Shown: positions 27,562 through 41,573, counted from the whole stretch's first letter. The stretch is 63,874 nucleotides of DNA, filler included, from Dugesia japonica (GCA_001938525.1; 6 parts of 6 records of this genome joined end to end with filler, not necessarily neighbours in it); one strand, 5' to 3'. Notes: generated from the letters alone by a model not told the origin. A program made the numbers and translations.

Positions 27562-30500
27562 AAATAATATTTTTAAAAAATCCTTATAGATTTTATAATA
27601 TATTTGGCGAGGAATTGAAGTATTTTAACGCTTTTTTGGTATTGTATTGAATTTTGGAAGTGTTTTTAATTTGGCAGGTCGGAATCTAGGAATACAATTT
27701 TGTTACTGAAATAAAAGTAATTTNTTTTATTCATTAGTGAAAGTTTTATGAAATAAATCATAATTTAGTGAAATTTAACTTATATCTTTGTTTTTTTTAT
27801 TATATCTTTAGCTAATATTACAAAAAATAAGGACGTAAAATATGAGCATCGAGGAAAGTAAACAATATCAGAGGGTTTGGGCAAAGTTCGTGTAAAGCGA
27901 TGATGACAAAAATATTGCTATATGTAATATTTGTAATAAAAAAATTGCTTGCAAAGGATCCTCGACGACCGGAATGCATCGACATTTGCAAGGAAAACAT
28001 GGAATGGTGGTAAAGCGTATAATGGCAACCATCGAAAAAAATGTAAATACAAAACTTATGAAATGCACTGATCAAACAATTACTAATTATTTAACACGAA
28101 GCAATCGTGAAACGCTTGAGGAAATTGTTTCAAAAATAGCTTCTTTCGACAATATTCCTGTTCAAAAAATAACGAATTGTGAATTTATACGAAGCAGTTT
28201 GAAATTACGGGGTTTTGATTTACCAAAATATCCAACCGAAGTTCGTACAAAAATTAAGCTGGCAAAATCAAAAAAACAAAAAATTAGTCAAAGTATTGAC
28301 GAATGAACCAGCTTTCGTAACAGAAGATATTTAAATATTCACATATATTATGAGGGTGGTGATTCTGATAATCTGGGATTAATCCGAATTCATGGAAGCT
28401 GTCCTGCTGATAAAATGATTGAATTAGTAACATCAAAATTAGATTTGTTTGATATTGATTTTGAAAAGGATGTAGCAGCACCAACAAGCAATGTTGCTAG
28501 TGTGATGACTAGATTCGGATCATTATCCCCAGCAATATTACAGCTATGCTATAATCATGCTATAAACTTAGCAGTGATGAATATACTTTATTCGAAAATA
28601 AAACCAATAGATGAAAATATATGTGTTGATGGTAATGAGCATGATGACCAATCAGAGTTAGATTTGTTTTCAGAAAACGAAGAAGAAGAAAATGAATCCA
28701 ACAGAGATATAAATGAATTAATAAATGATTCAAGTAATATGTATTCAACCATTACCCAAATATGAGTAATCATTAAAAAATTTAAATATTATCCGGTTCG
28801 AAATTCTGTTCTTCAGAAATATGTGGTAATTGTTGAAAAAACTGAGTTACAGTTGTTGCTGGACTGTAAAACGCGATGGAANNNNNNNNNNNNNNNNNNN
28901 NNNNNNNNNNNNNNNNNNNNNNNNNNNNNNNTATGTGTTGATGGTAATGAGCATGATGACCAATCAGAGTTAGATTTGTTTTCAGAAAACGAAGAAGAAG
29001 AAAATTAATCCAACAGAGATATAAATGAATTAATAAATGATTCAAGTAATATATATTCAACCATTACCCAAATTTGAGTAATCATTAAAAAATTTTAATA
29101 TTATCCGGTTCGAAATTCTGTTCTTTAGAAATATGTGGTAATTGTTGAAAAAACTGAGTTACAGTTGTTTCTGGACTGTAAAACGCGATGGAACAGTCTG
29201 GTAACCATGATTGAAAGATTTCTTCGACTAATTGAACCAATCAAAAAGGCATTAATTGATCTAAATTTGGAACATTTNNNNNNNNNNNNNNNNNNNNNNN
29301 NNNNNNNNNNNNNNNNNNNNNNNNNNNNNNNNNNNNNNNNNNNNNNNNNNNNNNNNNNNNNNNNNNNNNNNNNNNNNNNNNNNNGTGAGGGTATTTTCAA
29401 ATTTCTCTTTACTTCTCTTGAAGAAAATGATTCTATGTTATCGACAAATTTGTTAAATGTAATTCAAATTCAAATTTGTAAGAGACGAAATGTGCCTTCG
29501 GTTTCTCTTCTAAAATTTTTAAATAATCCTAAGTGCCTCACTGTTGGTGGCTCATCATCAGCAGATTTTTTAAAAATGAATTCTAAAACTGAATTAGTGA
29601 AATCTACTTAATCCCTTATGCAAAGGTTGTTTGTTTTCGATGAAGGCATTTCGATTTTAAATGAAAATATTAATAATTTGGATGCTGATGAGGTAGATTG
29701 CACCATAATTAGGGTAGAAAATGAAACGACAACATTAAAACAAAAATTAGAGATGTCAATTAATTCAAGTTTGGCAACATANNNNNNNNNNNNNNNNNNN
29801 NNNNNNNNNNNNNNNNNNNNNNNNNNNNNNNTTCAAATTTGTAAGAGACGAAATGTGCCTTCGGTTTCTCTTCTAAAATTTTTAAATAATCCTAAGTGCC
29901 TCATTGTTGGTGGCTCATCATCAGCAGATTTTTTTAAAATGAATTCTAAAACTGAATTAGTGAAATCTACTTAATCCCTTATGCAAAGGTTGTTAGTTGT
30001 CGATGAAGGCATTTCGATTTTAAATGAAAATATTAATAATTTGGATGCTGATGATGTAGATTGCACCATGATTAGGGTAGAAAATGAAACGACAACATTA
30101 AAACAAAAATTAGAGATGTCAATTAATTCAAGTTTGGCAACATATGTTATTAAAAAGGATGTAATCACTGTTTAAAAAGTAATTAATTTATATGAAGTAA
30201 CTGGCCAAACTACACCAAATTTGAAATTAATAAAAAATTCTCTGTTAACTATTTGGCCAACATCAACGGAAAACGAGAGTAATTTTTCAACCGCAGGGCA
30301 TATAGTATCAAAAAAAGGACTCGTCTATCGGATAAGGCAATCAACGCTCTGTGTTTTTTGAAGTATCATTTCTTAAAAAATAAAAATTGAAGTTCCTATA
30401 TTTTTTGTTTATTTATATATACATATTTAAATGAAATGAATTGGTTTTTTAATATTTATTAACTATATCTGTTATTTTTTTTCAATTTTTTTATATTATA

Positions 30501-30754
30501 ACAAAATACTGAATTTTTTAATATTACAAATAATAAATTGTCTTTGTAAAAAGAGAAAAAAATATTACTAAGTAATAAATAGTTACAAAATATTAGTTTT
30601 TGAATATAAATAATTATTTTTAAAAATTCTCTGGAATTCTCGAGATTCTAAAGAAATTTAAAAAAATTATCGAATTCTCGAGACATAAATAAGGCCGAGA
30701 AAAAATCTCTGGACTTCTCGAGTATTCAAATTTCCCGAATAATCCCAATCTCTA
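27562..30754 (+). mobile_element. hAT transposon with zf-BED transposase pseudogene and right TIR
   Basis: BED finger (VWAKF..AICNICNKKIACKGSSTTGMHRHLQGKH), CYNHAINLAV, LDCKTRWNSLVTMIERF and hATC PTSTENESNFSTAG. Subterminal TTCTCGAG repeats; terminus ...AATCCCAATCTCTA at 30754. Confidence 0.9.
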
Positions 30755-30827
30755 GTGGTGATCAATCAATAAATGTGTTATTGAGAAACTAGAAAATTTT
30801 TGATTGGTGGTGTTCAATCAATAAATG

Positions 30828-31760
30828 TGTTGGGGTTTTATCTAAGTGGGGAAATTTTATATAATTAAGTCCAGGTAGTTGGCCTAGTAAAACCCCAAGA
30901 AGAATTTAATCTGGCGTCCCCGAAATTCCAGATCTTCGGAATGGAGCCATTGACTCGGAATCTCGAGTGCAGATTCGCATTCCTTTTGTTCGGGTTCGTC
31001 TTTCATGACACTCGCTTGAATTTTACTATTTATTCTCCTAGTACTCTTATTTTATCCATTTCTATTTTAGGGTATTATCTATTTTAATCGTAGTTAATCA
31101 TAATTTTTCTAGTTTATGGTTCAATTAATTAATAAAAATAAACGAGTTTAACAAGTGAAAAATATATTATAAATTTTACTGTCACTTGTACATTTACCAA
31201 TTATAATAAGCAAAACAAATAACATGACCTGAATCCCGATTCGGAGCAAGCATGGCACGTGAATGGACACCATTTCAGTAGGCATTAATGATTCAAGAGG
31301 TCTTCCATAATATTTCATTTTTGAGCCGGAAATCGTTGTACCTAATGTTTACATAGAAAAATTAATTACCTTAACAATTGAAATTTTCTGTTCTAGTCCA
31401 ATAAATTTTAACGAAGATTGACAATTCTGGTTGAATTCAGTAATATTTTGTTGAAAAAGCTTCTTTTGATGAAATTGACCTTGCTATTTATACCGATTTT
31501 ACGATGCACACTCGTTCTTCCTATTGGTTAGTCATCATTTTCGACGTTTTTATTGGTCGATTATTTTGGGATTCCAAAATTATTGGTCAGTTTTCAAACC
31601 CTTGTATCTTTTTTCTGAGTCTTCTTAGGATTTTCTAACTTAGATTTTCAAAATCTCCAATTTTTTCTTGACAATAATTTTCTTTATTGCTATTTTTATC
31701 ACCATGGAAAGTTGTCGTTTTTGCCATATTTCTACAAATATTTAATTTTCTTTCAAAAAT
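30828..31760 (-). repeat. Probable 3' LTR of the minus-strand Gypsy-like element
   Basis: Ends ...CCCCAACA on the minus strand at 30828. Contains three CCAAT boxes (~31523, 31552, 31583) and TATAAATAG (~31485-31493). The other end may be hidden in the gap. Confidence 0.5.
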
Positions 31761-31854
31761 AAATNNNNNNNNNNNNNNNNNNNNNNNNNNNNNNNNNNNN
31801 NNNNNNNNNNNNNNNNNNNNNNNNNNNNNNNNNNNNNNNNNNNNNNNNNNNNNT

Positions 31855-34800
31855 CATTAATTTGATGTTCATTTCTTTGTTTTTCTGATTTAACTGTAAT
31901 TTAATTTCGTTGTTTTCTTTTGCTAATAATTTCATTTAATTTATGTTCTGTAAGTTGATTATTTATTTCCTTCAATTTTTCTTTCTTTTAGTTAATGAAT
32001 TACTTTCATCTGTTATAAATTGTCCTTTCTTTTTTCTCTCGGTCCGTTTGTGTCTTCCAACATTTCTTTCCTCCCTTTGTTACGGATCATCTCTNATTTT
32101 TTAGTTTCTTAATTACGGTCTTTTTCTTCAATTATACCTTTCAGGAAATGGTTTTACTCCTTCTGTTGTTTTTATTCTTCGTTTTCTTTTTTGGTGACTA
32201 TCTTTTCATTTTCGGCTTTACCTACTGCCATTTTTACTTTCCGTACACGTTGTTTCACCAGAACAAAATACTCTCCATTCCGAAAAATTTCCGTCCCGGA
32301 ATTTAATGCTCTTGTCTCATAGATACTTCGTCTTGTTTTCCTTATGGTCGCTTATAGTGCTCACATGCTCTGATTTCCAGCCCACTGATTGGACCTAAAA
32401 GACAATTATGATAACACTTAGATTCACATATACTCAAAAGATCATGCCTTCATTTTGACTACAGTAGTTTAACAGTGTTTAGTTAGATTGATAGAGACCA
32501 AAAGATCAATATCGAGTAACTAAGAATTAATAAGTACATCATACATCACAAGATATATACACGGACCTTCTAATTCAACATACCCCATCTATTACATGCT
32601 TTACATTATACACCGATATTTATAGTTAATTTATCATAAGTTCATTTTGATTTATCAGACAAAGGTTCCTGTCATTCTACGAAGTGATGAGTAGCGACAC
32701 TCGTCGCTCTCTCCTGAATAGATTATCGAGTTGTCTGATTGTCCATTGAATGATTGGTTCTTCGGAATGAGCTTTTATTGCAATGGGCTTTTTTNNNNNN
32801 NNNNNNNNNNNNNNNNNNNNNNNNNNNNNNNNNNNNNNNNNNNNNNNNNNNNNNNNNNNNNNNNNNNNNNNNNNNGTCTGCTTTGGTTTTCCAGTTCTGT
32901 TGTTGATCCGTTAACTGTTTGCAGAATGTTTTCCTTTCCTCAATTATTTTTAACCATTTTCCATTGGTTGCCCTCTGTTTTTCCATGGTCTTCTCAGACA
33001 ATAGTTTAAAGTTCTGACATTGTATTTGGCTTAAGCGTAAGGCCTCTTCTAATCGGGATGTATGGTTTTGGCTAAATGATATTTTTCTTTGTAGATGGGC
33101 CATCTCTGTATCTCTTAATACTATTGCATCTCTATTTTCTCCCATTGCTTTATCTGCTAAAAAATTGAAATTTTGGCATTGCACTTGACTCAACCGTAAG
33201 GCTTCATCTAATCTGGATATCCAGTCATCGTATACATGAAGCCTTTTTTGCCAGTCTTCTGGTACTGTCTGGTAATTATCTTGTTCTACATGTGTTATTA
33301 ATTGGTTTCCATTCAAATTATCAGATGTTTGCGTTGTTTCCTCTTTCCGTACTGCATTGGTTACCTCTTCCAACTCTTTTAGTTGTAACGTTAATACCCA
33401 TAACAGTTCTTCCATCTGATTGGTAAGATCGTTCATTGACGAAAATTCCGACTCTTGATTTGAGTTTTACCTTGTTATATAGTTTACTTGTTCTTGGCTA
33501 CATGTTGGATTTATTACGGCTTCCTGTATATTTAGAGTGCCTACTTCCGATAACTGGCTTCTGGTTTTCATTTTTCTAATCGTTTTTCTTTCCTTTTTCT
33601 TTTTTGACACTACTTCTGTGAAGTCATCTGGTTTCTATTATTTCTACAGTTTCCCCCTGTAGCATGCAGAGTTTAATCGAGTCGGTCACTATATATTCTT
33701 GTTCTACTTCCTTACTGTGGCGAATTTGTGTTGTTTCTTTTCTAGTTCTTTTCCGCTTATTGCTACAATTTTTCCATATGTTCCCTTTTTCGCCACAGCA
33801 GTGGCATATTTTATCTGCCCACAACTTTCTTCTATATTTCCCTTCTTTTTACATTTTTTGCACTTTTGCATACTGATAACGATCCGCCGTTCTTGTTCTA
33901 CGAGTTTTAGTATCCTTGTTACTAACACGGTTTTTTCTTCTGCTTCTTCAGACATTAGATTTACCTTGTGAGTTATTTTGTTTAATTCTTGTAGTTGCAT
34001 AGTTACCGTTCGTAGTAAGTCTTTAGATGCATTCAAGATTTCTTCTTCTTCAATGTTCTTTTCATACTTGATTTTCTTATGCATTGCCGATTTTGGTTCT
34101 TGACACTTTGATACTATCTGTTTGTTAAATAATGTTAATGCTTGGAGTCCTTTCTTTCTTAAGCTTATCTTTAATCTGTTTATATGTCGGTTACTTCGTC
34201 CGTCTCCTTTATTTTGGACGAATATATTGATTCCAGCATTTTTCCAGAGTCCCCCTAATTGTATTGAGTCCATGGACTCGCTGTCAATAAGTGTAAAACC
34301 GAAATATAATTCTTCCGTTTTTTCGTCTGTCGGTTTTCTTGGTTCTTGGTTGTTATTTCCAATCAATTCTGCTATATCACACCTGATATGATCAGTTTTC
34401 TCTAATTGCAAAGCCATAAAACTTTTATTTTAAATGATTCTGGTTTTAAACCTAATAACTTTTGACCTTGGTTATATACTAACTCTTCTAATAACACTTG
34501 GTGTTCTTGACTAATTATTGGTTTAAAATTATGTAAAGCTTCGATGAATTCCGCTGTTATAGCTGAAATCAGTTGTTTATTCTGACTTATTACTTTGATG
34601 ACCTCCTGGATTTTATTTACTCAATCTATTTCTGCNNNNNNNNNNNNNNNNNNNNNNNNNNNNNNNNNNNNNNNNNNNNNNNNNNTTCGTTATTCATTCC
34701 TCTGTTTTTTATTTTCATAGTTTCTTTAGTTAGACAATTTTGATATTGGTCTTCCCAAATGTTTCGGTCTTTTCTTAGATTAGGGATTTCTTGGCTTACT

Positions 34801-36770
34801 TGCAACATGCTTAACATTTCTGATTTTGGTTTTTCCAATTCGATTTGGAATGTAGTAAAATCCAATTTTGTCCCAATTAACAATTTCGGCATTAAATCTN
34901 NNNNNNNNNNNNNNNNNNNATTGGTTTTCATTACAAGGAATTGGTGCTTTATTGTTTTTTCTTGAAGCTGTGCGTTGCACTCTAATGTTCCAATGATCTG
35001 CACGGTTTCCCCATTAACACCTGTTGCTCTGGCTGTATAGGGTTTTATTTCTTTTCTTTTGTTTCGGGATACATTTTTTATATTCAAAACTGATCGGGAT
35101 GCTCCAGTATCTAAAAGTATTTTCAGTGGTTCGTTGTTGATTCGTACTATTAGTGAAAGACTAAATCCGCCATCTTGAGTTTCTAATGCGGCTATTTTTT
35201 CGTTTTGTTCCTCTTCGTTAGGGTTCGGTGTTTGTTTTATCTTCTGGAGTTATTTTATTCTCATTTTACATGATTTCTTCTGGTGACATTTGTCCTCCAT
35301 TGAGCTTTAGTTTGGCTAGGCCTTCTCTTAGTCGAGTGATTCTTTGATTATTACTTTTCATTTGTTCACGTAATTGATGGTTTTCTTTAGACAGGATTCC
35401 TGCTACCTTTCTATTTCTGGTATTTTCAGCATCTTTATCTTGTCGTATTTGATACTATTGTACATATTTAATTGAAAAACATTTTTCTTCGTAATCACGA
35501 CTTCTTCTGACTTCTGTTATATTCCTTGAACCTGCAAAGTCTATTCTGTGTTTACATAATTTTGCGATATGGTCCTGTTTTCCACAGATGTAACATACTT
35601 TATTTTTTTTTTGACAATCTTTAGCTTGGTGCCCTTGTTTGTTGCAATTTAAAATTTTTGTACTCGCTGAGCCTTTGGTAATACCTCATTAAATCCTAGG
35701 CTCACGGGTACTTTGATTCTTAGCATGTGCAATTTTGTTGATACTTTACTTTGGTTCATACTTTGTTGGCTATAAGTTTCGCTACTTTCGTTATCGTCTC
35801 TTGAACTTTGATCCTCTTTTGTTTTGATTCTCTTGAGTAGACATCTCTCTTCAGNNNNNNNNNNNNNNNNNNNNNNNNNNNNNNNNNNNNNNNNNNNNNN
35901 NNNNAATATCTTTGCCAGCATTTATCCATGTGGTGATTTTTCCGACCACAAATGCTGCAAAATGTATAGATGATCGTAAACTGATTGGTACTGTGGTGAG
36001 TCCCTTGACAATTTTGGCATCTATTTTGCTTATAAATTGTTCCTTGACTAACGGTGTCCTTCCCGATAATTAGCTGTTGTTCTGCTAATACTTTGTTCAT
36101 TGCTTCTGCTTTTAATATAGCAGTGATCAAATCAAGAGGTTTGTTTGAAGCTACATGGTTTCTTAATAATGGGTTTCGAAGGCCGGATCTAAAACATCTT
36201 ATTATCATTTGTTCATTTGTTAGGCCTGCTAATCTTGCCGAATATATTATTCCATCTGCAAACTCGTGGAAGGTTTCATTTTCCCTTTGTTTTCTTCCTG
36301 CAAGTGGTTCATAGAGTTCCCAAATACGTTTATTTTCTCGTTCTTTTACTGCTCCTTCTTCCATTACTTTGTCATCAACTTTTCTTGCTTTCTTCTTTTC
36401 TTGATTAATGGGTGTCCTATCTGCTTCTGTGTGTAGCATATACAGTCTTTCTGGTTCGTTGTTCTCGGTTCGTTTTTTACAAACTTGCCAGTTTGCATTC
36501 ACATACCTTACTTCTTCGTCTTCTATCATATTATTTCTACTACCTCGACATCCTTTCTTAGGGCAATTTAATTTTCGATGGCCAGTTTTTTGACAATAGC
36601 GACAGATGAGTGGTGCTTTCGTGCAGTCTGCACTCTTATGTCTTTACGTTCGCATTTTCCAGATTTTTATTTATATAACGGCAATCATTTTCCAGATGAC
36701 CATTACGTCGATATTTCCTGCATCGTCTTGGTCGTAGGATTAGTTGTGATGTCGCTGGTTCATATTCTTN
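31855..36770 (-). mobile_element. Gypsy-like gag-protease element with extra coiled-coil/zinc-knuckle region and no RT seen
   Basis: Gag (RKQRENETFHEFAD...FRSGLRNP), knuckles (CSICGRKNHHMDKC and two more at ~35570-35660), protease KILLDTGASRS at ~35125-35090, then ORFs 34417-33704, 33824-33624 and 33436-32723. Confidence 0.8.
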
Positions 36771-36869
36771 NNNNNNNNNNNNNNNNNNNNNNNNNNNNNN
36801 NNNNNNNNNNNNNTTAATTAATTAANNNNNNNNNNNNNNNNNNNNNNNNNNNNNNNNNNNNNNNNNNNN
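36770..36869. other. Artificial scaffold-joining spacer
   Basis: N44-TTAATTAATTAA(36814-36825)-N44. Confidence 0.95.
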
Positions 36870-36949
36870 TGGAAGAAGAACTTCTTCAACAAGTCTGATC
36901 CACTTAAAACCGCTATTAAAGATTTCTCTTCTCCACTAAACTTTTATAT

Positions 36950-37690
36950 GATAGAATAAAGGTTTATTCATTGTGCTCATACCTCCAATCTTTTCGCAAA
37001 ATCAACCTTAGAATAAAATCCAGGTTTGTCTGGAAATACATTACTAAACTTGAAAATATGTTCTCTGTTATTGTAGTTTGTTGCAGCCTTATTCACTGGA
37101 AGATATTAGGGACAAGAACTTATCTATAGTTATTGCTGATTGAGTGTATTATTTGGTTTACAGTATTTATTGTGTTAACCCCCAGTTATCTTTCTCTGAG
37201 AAAGAAAATCAAACTTCTTGATGTGAAATTCTTTTAGATATAATAAACAAAATCAGATTTAATCAGAGACAGAAACATTTGTGTATATACAGAAAACCTT
37301 TTAAATTACACAATTTTCATTGACACAATATTAGTCAGGTTTGAGATTATGTTGTTTAGAAAATGAGCCTGGATTCAAACATAGTGGTTTTAGAGTTGAT
37401 GTGATCAGGAAGAGTATTTCTTGATTTTCCAATTACTGGAAATTTCATATCAGACAACTTTTTTTCTATAAATGTTGTGTTGGATCATAATACTGTTATT
37501 AATAGCGAAGCCAATATGGAATAGCAACTTCAGTGTTCCAAACTCATTCAACCTCCCTACTTCAACATTCAACTTTTCTGTCTGAATTAGCGTTCCATTT
37601 CCTTGGGGCTCACTGACCTGACTAGATGCTGCTCTAAATATTATGAAAAAGCAAGACACACTCTTTTTAATAAGAAAAATACTTTTGATA
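36950..37690 (-). mobile_element. Possible highly decayed LTR pol (protease/pre-RT) fragment
   Basis: Weak motifs only: SSQVS...NGTLIQT and FSNVFPDKPGFYSK. Confidence 0.35.
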
Positions 37691-38215
37691 TGCTTTTGAA
37701 CCATGTTTGCCCTGTGAAAAGGTGTGCTTTACTTTTGAATACTCTAGTCCATTTACCCTAAATGCATTTGCGCATAAAGCTTCACTCCATTCTTCAAAAT
37801 CAAATCCAAATAGGATTTACCATTGAGATTTTCTCCCTGAGGTACCAAAATAGCGTCTGTTTTTGATCCACCACAAATTCCTCGCCAAAACATGATTGAT
37901 TACTCCAATTGTCGTTTTTCCACACAACGGTTCTTGCATGTATCCTTCATGGAACTGGCATATATTTTTTTGCTTATTCGATTTTTGAGATATAGAGAAG
38001 AATTTTTCGTTAGAAAAAAGAATCAGTGTTCCAAGTGCCCACTTTATACGGGAATGGATTGCCTTGAATTTACCAACTCGATTTTTCTGGTTGGCAACGA
38101 TAAGCTCTTGTCAAATTTGCTGCTTGTAGGCTTTCAATCCAATATCCTTTTTCCGCACTTCATGAATCGCCATTCGTGATTTTTTGAAGCTCTCCAGCAA
38201 TTTTTAGACAATTCT
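37690..38215 (-). mobile_element. Tc1/mariner superfamily transposase remnant (maT/DD37D-like)
   Basis: MFWRGICGGSKTDAILVPQGENLNGKSYLDLILKNGVKLYAQMHLG...PFHRANMVQ. Confidence 0.7.
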
Positions 38216-38587
38216 AAAATAAAAACAACCTTTTTTTAAAATTAAATTTTTTTTATTTAATTATTTTTTTATTTATTTTTTTATTTTCTATAATTATCGC
38301 ATCAAGAATAATTATTGAATGAAATGTGATTGTAAATATTTTAGTAAATAATTTGATAAAAATGAATTTTGAAAAAAAATGAAAATCGTTTAACAGACTC
38401 AATTGTTATCACTTAGATATCATTAAATAAATAAATTCTCATTCATTCTTTTTGAGAGAAATAAATTATTTATCAGAGTCAGATAAGAAATTAAATTTAA
38501 ATCTACAAAGGAAATTTAACAATTTTTATTAAAAATTTGATCTGGAATTTAAATATTATAAAATGCTCGAATAATAATAAAAAAATC

Positions 38588-38645
<58 letters not shown>

Positions 38646-38719
38646 NNNNNNNNNNNNNNNNNNNNNNNNNNNNNNNNNNNNNNNNNNNNNNNNNNNNNNN
38701 NNNNNNNNNNNNNNNNNNN

Positions 38720-38760
<41 letters not shown>

Positions 38761-38787
38761 GAAGAAGAAGAAGAAGAAGAAGAAGAA
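38588..38787. repeat. (AAT)n(AAG)n compound microsatellite
   Basis: Directly visible, spanning a gap. Confidence 0.97.
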
Positions 38788-38849
38788 TTAAAATAAAGAT
38801 ATATATAAAGATTATGTAAGACCTTTATGATGTTAGAGATGCAACATAA

Positions 38850-41490
38850 TTGAAATGTTTTTACCAAGTCAAACTAGATAAGAACGACGTAACAGCAAGG
38901 ACCGACAGGAGGCAGATACCGTCAGAAAAAACGAATCAACGAATAGAAAACAAAATCGTAGGTAGAAACAGATGAAGTAAATTTCAATAAGCCTTTCACA
39001 AACAATATGGCTCGATTAGTAAAAAAATTGGTTGGAGTTAATTACTAACAATAAATTGGTAAAAATATAAATGGGTTAATGTGGGAAACATAATTGCGAA
39101 AGTTTATAGGTTCCCAAAGAGAAAAGTGAGACACTGGAGAAACAATCAATCTAATGATTGTAAGATATTTTAGCATGACGGCTATAAATATTTATGCGCA
39201 AATGAGAGTGGGATAAAGATAATTGGAAGATGGATAGCGCAAGTGTCTATTAGAGATATTTCTAAGGAACTTATATTCACAGATGATAAAAAGTGATGTC
39301 AGATTTGATTAAAGGAGTGAAAATACAAGGCTTATTCGGATACATGGATTTTCTCAAAATATAAAGATTTTAAATCTAGTGAAAAAAGATGGAACTATAT
39401 TTGTAACATTTAACCTAAATTCGGTAGACATACAAAGAATAGAGAATAGTAGGCGTGTATCTTGTAACTTTTAAAGATCAAGTAAAATAATCTATTAAAG
39501 GAAAAAATAATGAATATAGAAACATAATTTGTAGTGGATGAGCGGGTCGTGAGACAAATACAAGTAAAGTTTTATCAACATAAAATCATTTCTGCAGACA
39601 CTAAATTTAGAAGCAAAAATCAAAGACGTAATACAGATTTTATTCATAAACATAAAAGATGGAAATGCAATTCTCCTTGAGTACACCGTTAAAATGTATA
39701 TAGAGAAAATAGAGAAAGAATATATGTATATAATTGGATTTAAAACAGTTAAGTGATCATAATAACAGATAAACAAGTATTGTCAATGCTAAACTTAGTG
39801 GAAATTTGGGTATTTGTTAGGATGATCTGTGTTACTAAGCTCATTCAACTTATATAATGAATATTATCCCGTAGAGCTAAAGGAAGAAAAAATTGATTTA
39901 GCAAAAGAAACAAATATCATATTAGAGGAATTAAAAGTAGCACTCACGACAGCACCGATCCTTTTTCCCTGATCTAAGATGGAGTTCATCTTTGAACCAG
40001 ACGCCAACTTTGAAATTATTTGAGCAGTATTATGGTAAAATGACGAAAAGTAATTGCGTACGGGCCACACCCGATGATGAGCCATAAAATGGTATTATAT
40101 CACAAGGAAAAAACTAGCTTTGTATGCATTTTAGGAATTAAATTGTATATATTGACATTAGTGGACGTATACAAAAAAATAAATACGAAAAATGTACATA
40201 GTAGGCATCACATACAAATGCCTCATACAACACTCTCTGCCATTAATTCTTAAATTGTTTAGACAAAATTTTAAAATTTTTAATTTCAACATTCGCATAA
40301 CAATTACTTTTATTTTTATGCTCAGCAATATTATTACCAACACCAAAACGATTATGCTCTTGAACCCTTGTACATTTAAAACCCATTTCATTTAAATTGA
40401 TGGGTGTGATGCCACATACATTGGAGAGACCGCCCGTCATCTCTGTGCAATGGTTCAAGAGCATAATCGGTTTGGTGGTGGTAGTAATATTGCTGAGCAT
40501 AAAAAGAAAAATAAAAGTAATTGTAATGCGAATGTTGAAATTGCAAATTTTAAAATTTGGTCTAAACAACTTAAGAATTACTTGGAGAGAGTGTTGTATG
40601 AGGCGGTAATGATTAGATTTCATAATCCAAGCATTAATGTACATTAATGCTCTGTTGACTAAATTAATTAAAAAAATTTTAAAAAAGTTTTTCAGATATA
40701 AAATAAAATCTTCAATTTTTGAAATCTTATTTTCATATTTTTTTGTAGAGGTTTTCTATTTTATTTTTTAAAAAAATAAATTTCAATTTTTATTATTTCA
40801 TAGGTTTTGAAAAAAGTTTTAATATTTTTGCAAAAATATCTTTAATTCTATAGGTAATAGTAATTCTAATAAAAATATTATTAGGTAAATTAATTTTTTT
40901 GAAAAATTGTTAAAAAATTTTTAAAAGAAAATTAAGAATTATATTCAGTATTATTGCGTTAATTTTGGAATTATATTTTTTGAGACTTGGATGACGAAAT
41001 GCTCAAATCCGAGTAATTACTATGAAGTCGTTCGAATCAGGAGTAACTAAAGAATTTAAAATGAAGTTAATGAAATTAATATAAAGTTAATATAAAATTT
41101 ATTTCTCGAGTTCATATAATCAACAAATAAATGGGGAAATGAAAAGAACATTCCAGACAGTCTGAGAATTGATAAATGTTACTGTTACTGGAAAACAGAT
41201 TCAACAAGTATTCTTTTAAAGACAAAATTAGCATTGATTGCAATCATACTTAAGACACCAAGAAAAAAGTTTAATAAAGATTGTTTTAACAAAAAGAATA
41301 ACAAAAAAAAGATTGTATGGTTTAGAATAAAAAAAATAAAGAAAAACCGGCCGAACAAATATTGAGAAAATTTGAAGTGGAAGTAGACGTGTTAGTTAAA
41401 GTAGAGACAAGTAATAAATGTGAAGACAGATATTAAGGATCATACAAAAACATCGAGAAATTTCAGAAAGAGAATGGGAAGCAGATCGAA
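38850..41490 (+). mobile_element. pol: Heavily decayed Ty3/Gypsy element (RNase H and integrase remnants)
   Basis: 39880-40135: LEELKVALTTAPILFP...FIFEPDANFEII*AVL...YYITRKKL. 41095-41190: FSSSYNQQINGEMKRTFQTV*ELIN. ~41370-41460: VLVKVE...RY*GSY. The 5' limit is approximate. Confidence 0.7.
40220..40647 (+). mobile_element. Penelope-like element 3' fragment (GIY-YIG endonuclease) with inverted duplication
   Basis: GCDATYIGETARHLCAMVQEH...SNIAEH...NFKIW...ERVLYEAVMIRFHNPSINVH*. 40220-40374 is an inverted copy of 40444-40604. Confidence 0.85.
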
Positions 41491-41494
41491 ATAT

Positions 41495-41508
41495 TAATAA
41501 TAATTATA

Positions 41509-41562
<54 letters not shown>

Positions 41563-41573
41563 TTACTAATAAT
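41495..41573. repeat. (AAT)n microsatellite
   Basis: Directly visible. Confidence 0.95.

Noticed and set aside
28620-30141. Tandem internal duplications in the hAT transposase (28620-28881 vs 28932-29193; 29468-29781 vs 29832-30141)
   Set aside because: Near-identical copies directly flank N gaps, typical of unmerged allelic or paralogous contig overlaps rather than real duplication.
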